DNA of 64,000 nt from the human T2T-CHM13v2.0 reference genome, Homo sapiens, in NCBI RefSeq assembly GCF_009914755.1, contig NC_060948.1. One strand, 5' to 3'. Made by a program: the position numbers and the translations under genes. Under the pieces are notes generated by a model. The model did no database searches and had not been told where the DNA came from. It was given only the letters and a program-made list of their open reading frames with translations. Positions within the stretch are counted from its first letter, which is position 1; each line of letters begins with the position of its first letter. Positions 60,292 to 64,000 of this stretch are shown here, in pieces.

Positions 60292-62396
60292 AGATCCATA
60301 TTTTTTAAATGAAAAAAAATTTCAAAGGTACTCTGCTTGGTACAATAATCAAATGTATAAACTGAGGAATAAAACATAACCATGAAACCTACTTATAACT
60401 GCATATGGAAAATACAGAGGATAATTTTTTAAATAACATATTTTGAAAGCCTTAACTAGTAATTTGAAGAGCTGGCATTTGAAAGGCCAGTATGAATATA
60501 CCTTCAAAGCAGCAACACAGGTTCCCCATGAGAAAAAGCAAACACAGGGAAAATAAAAACACAAAGGTTCAATCTCTTCTGACCTTTGAAAGACACAGCA
60601 CAGACAGTGGTCCTTAGGACGAAGAGCAGGAGACCCCTAATTCCGTCACCATGGCGATAGGGCATAAACATTGCTGGGTGAGGGCACAATCCACATTGTG
60701 AGGTCCAACTGCTGCCAGGAAGACAGGAGTGCTTTTACATAGACCGAAAGGTCATTGAAGGCTCAGAGTTTTGTTTCAAGAACTGAATCCCAAGCCCACA
60801 CGTTATTAGGCTGCGCTTCTTAAAACAAGTTATGAGATGGGAAAAAGGGCACCCACAAACATACGTATACATTATGTATATAATAATATACAGTATCATA
60901 TATATAATATATATAACCTATGTATAATATTGTTTCACATCCTGCATCTTATGTTATATATATTGTATAAAATATAATAATTGATAATATATAAGTTTTA
61001 TAATTATACAATATGACATATAGTATATATTATAAATTATGACATATATAATATATGTTATATGTCATATATAGAATATATTATACGGTTAATATACGTA
61101 TTAAATATAAATTATACATTATATATATTATATATAATATATCTGTTATATATAATACCCATTATGTATAATATATATATTATGTCTATGTTATATATAG
61201 TATAAAACAACATATAATAATATATAATTGTATATATAAAATGCGACATATAATATATATTATATTTTATAACATATGTAATATATATTATATATTATAT
61301 ATAATACGTTGTATGTATAATACCTATATTAAATATATATTATATGACTATGTTATTAATTACATGTCACATGTGTTATATATTATATATTTTACATAGA
61401 ATATACCGGTTACATACAATATATACTATGTTACCTATAATGTATAATTTATTACATGTAAAATAAAGAATGCAATATATTATGTAAAATTTATAATATA
61501 CAATATGTGGAATGTGATATATATAACATATAATATATGATATATGAAATACAGTATATGATATATAACATACAATATATGATTCCTAATATATATGGTA
61601 TACAATATATATTTTATGATATGTATTCTATATGTTTTATATTCTGTTATATATAACTATTTGAAACTATATATAACTGTATAATATTTTATGTAAATAT
61701 GTAATATAATATATATAACTATATAATATGTTATATATAACTATATATTATCTTATATATACTTTTATAACATAATTTACATAAAATATCATAATATAAT
61801 ATATATTATATTATTTCATATTACATTATATATATTACATATCACCCAATATAACTAACATACATAATATTATAATATAGATTATATTGTGTTATATTAA
61901 ATATCATATATATCATGTATCATATATTCTATAATATATATTACACATTATATAATATGTATGTTGTCTATTATGTGATATATATAACTATATATATAAT
62001 TATATTTTTATACATATAACTAGATAAACATGTAATTCTACATCTTTTCATTTATAATATGTAGAATTATATAATCATATATAATTATTTATATTCTATA
62101 AAAAATTTTATCATTATATAAATTATAATATATAAAAATTATAATATGTACTACACATATATATATTATATATCATATATGATATAGTACCATTGTTATA
62201 TATCATAATACATATAAATGTGTATTATGTTATCTATAATTATATAATTTCATATATAAGATGTATAATATGTATCATATATTATATATGTTATGTAATA
62301 TATATAGTATATATAAGATGACACAGGATAAATATTATATACTATGACATATAAAATATATGAGGTTATATGTTACATATAAGGCATAGCACATAA

Positions 62397-62711
<315 letters not shown>

Positions 62712-63280
62712 AGATCCATATTTTTTAAATGAAAAAAAATTTCAAAGGTACTCTGCTTGGTACAATAATCAAATGTATAAACTGAGGAATAAAACATAAC
62801 CATGAAACGTACTTATAACTGCATATGGAAAATACAGAGGATAATTTTTTAAATAACATATTTTGAAAGCCTTAACTAGTAATTTGAAGAGCTGGCATTT
62901 GAAAGGCCAGTATGAATATACCTTCAAAGCAGCAACACAGGTTCCCCATGAGAAAAAGCAAACACAGGGAAAATAAAAACACAAAGGTTCAATCTCTTCT
63001 GACCTTTGAAAGACACAGCACAGACAGTGGTCCTTAGGACGAAGAGCAGGAGACCCCTAATTCCGTCACCATGGCGATAGGGCATAAACATTGCTGGGTG
63101 AGGGCACAATCCACATTGTGAGGTCCAACTGCTGCCAGGAAGACAGGAGTGCTTTTACATAGACCGAAAGGTCATTGAAGGCTCAGAGTTTTGTTTCAAG
63201 AACTGAATCCCAAGCCCACACGTTATTAGGCTGCGCTTCTTAAAACAAGTTATGAGATGGGAAAAAGGGCACCCACAAAC

Positions 63281-64000
63281 ATACGTATACATTATGTATA
63301 TAATAATATACAGTATCATATATATAATATATATAACCTATGTATAATATTGTTTCACATCCTGCATCTTATGTTATATATATTGTATAAAATATAATAA
63401 TTGATAATATATAAGTTTTATAATTATACAATATGACATATAGTATATATTATAAATTATGACATATATAATATATGTTATATGTCATATATAGAATATA
63501 TTATACGGCTAATATACGTATTAAATATAAATTATACATTATATATATTATATATAATATATCTGTTATATATAATACCCATTATGTATAATATATATAT
63601 TATGTCTATGTTATATATAGTATAAAACAACATATAATAATATATAATTGTATATATAAAATGCGACATATAATATATATTATATTTTATAACATATGTA
63701 ATATATATTATATATTATATATAATACGTTGTATGTATAATACCTATATTAAATATATATTATATGACTATGTTATTAATTACATGTCACATGTGTTATA
63801 TATTATATATTTTACATAGAATATACCGGTTACATACAATATATACTATGTTACCTATAATGTATAATTTATTACATGTAAAATAAAGAATGCAATATAT
63901 TATGTATAATTTATAATATACAATATGTGGAATGTGATATATATAACATATAATATATGATATATGAAATACAGTATATGATATATAACATACAATATAT
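63281..64000. repeat. Partial AT-rich block of the last monomer
   Basis: Collinear with 60861-61580; cut off by the window end. Confidence 0.9.

Overview
The whole 64 kb window is a single head-to-tail tandem array with a ~2420-bp monomer. Each monomer has three parts: a ~1.56-kb extremely AT-rich block, a ~290-bp diverged antisense Alu, and a ~570-bp more GC-rich segment (HSATI-type). This architecture and size, plus a predicted 2144-bp HaeIII fragment, match the human DYZ2/HSat1B satellite, best known from Yq12 heterochromatin. I count 27 Alu copies and 25 GC-rich segments, all in the same orientation. I see no credible protein-coding gene, RNA gene, CRISPR array or new enzymatic system; all listed ORFs are chance frames that recur with the monomer. 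The interesting signal is in the variants. (i) Two short monomers (1424 and 1422 bp) share an identical ~996-bp deletion junction and sit in a ~3.85-kb tandem duplication. (ii) Variant haplotypes recur with a 4-monomer period (~9.67-9.68 kb) in two distinct parts of the array, which looks like a cryptic higher-order repeat. (iii) At least three monomer subtypes occur, with chimeric monomers at their borders. All comparisons were made by eye, so variant counts are approximate, and I cannot tell whether the higher-order structure has already been reported.
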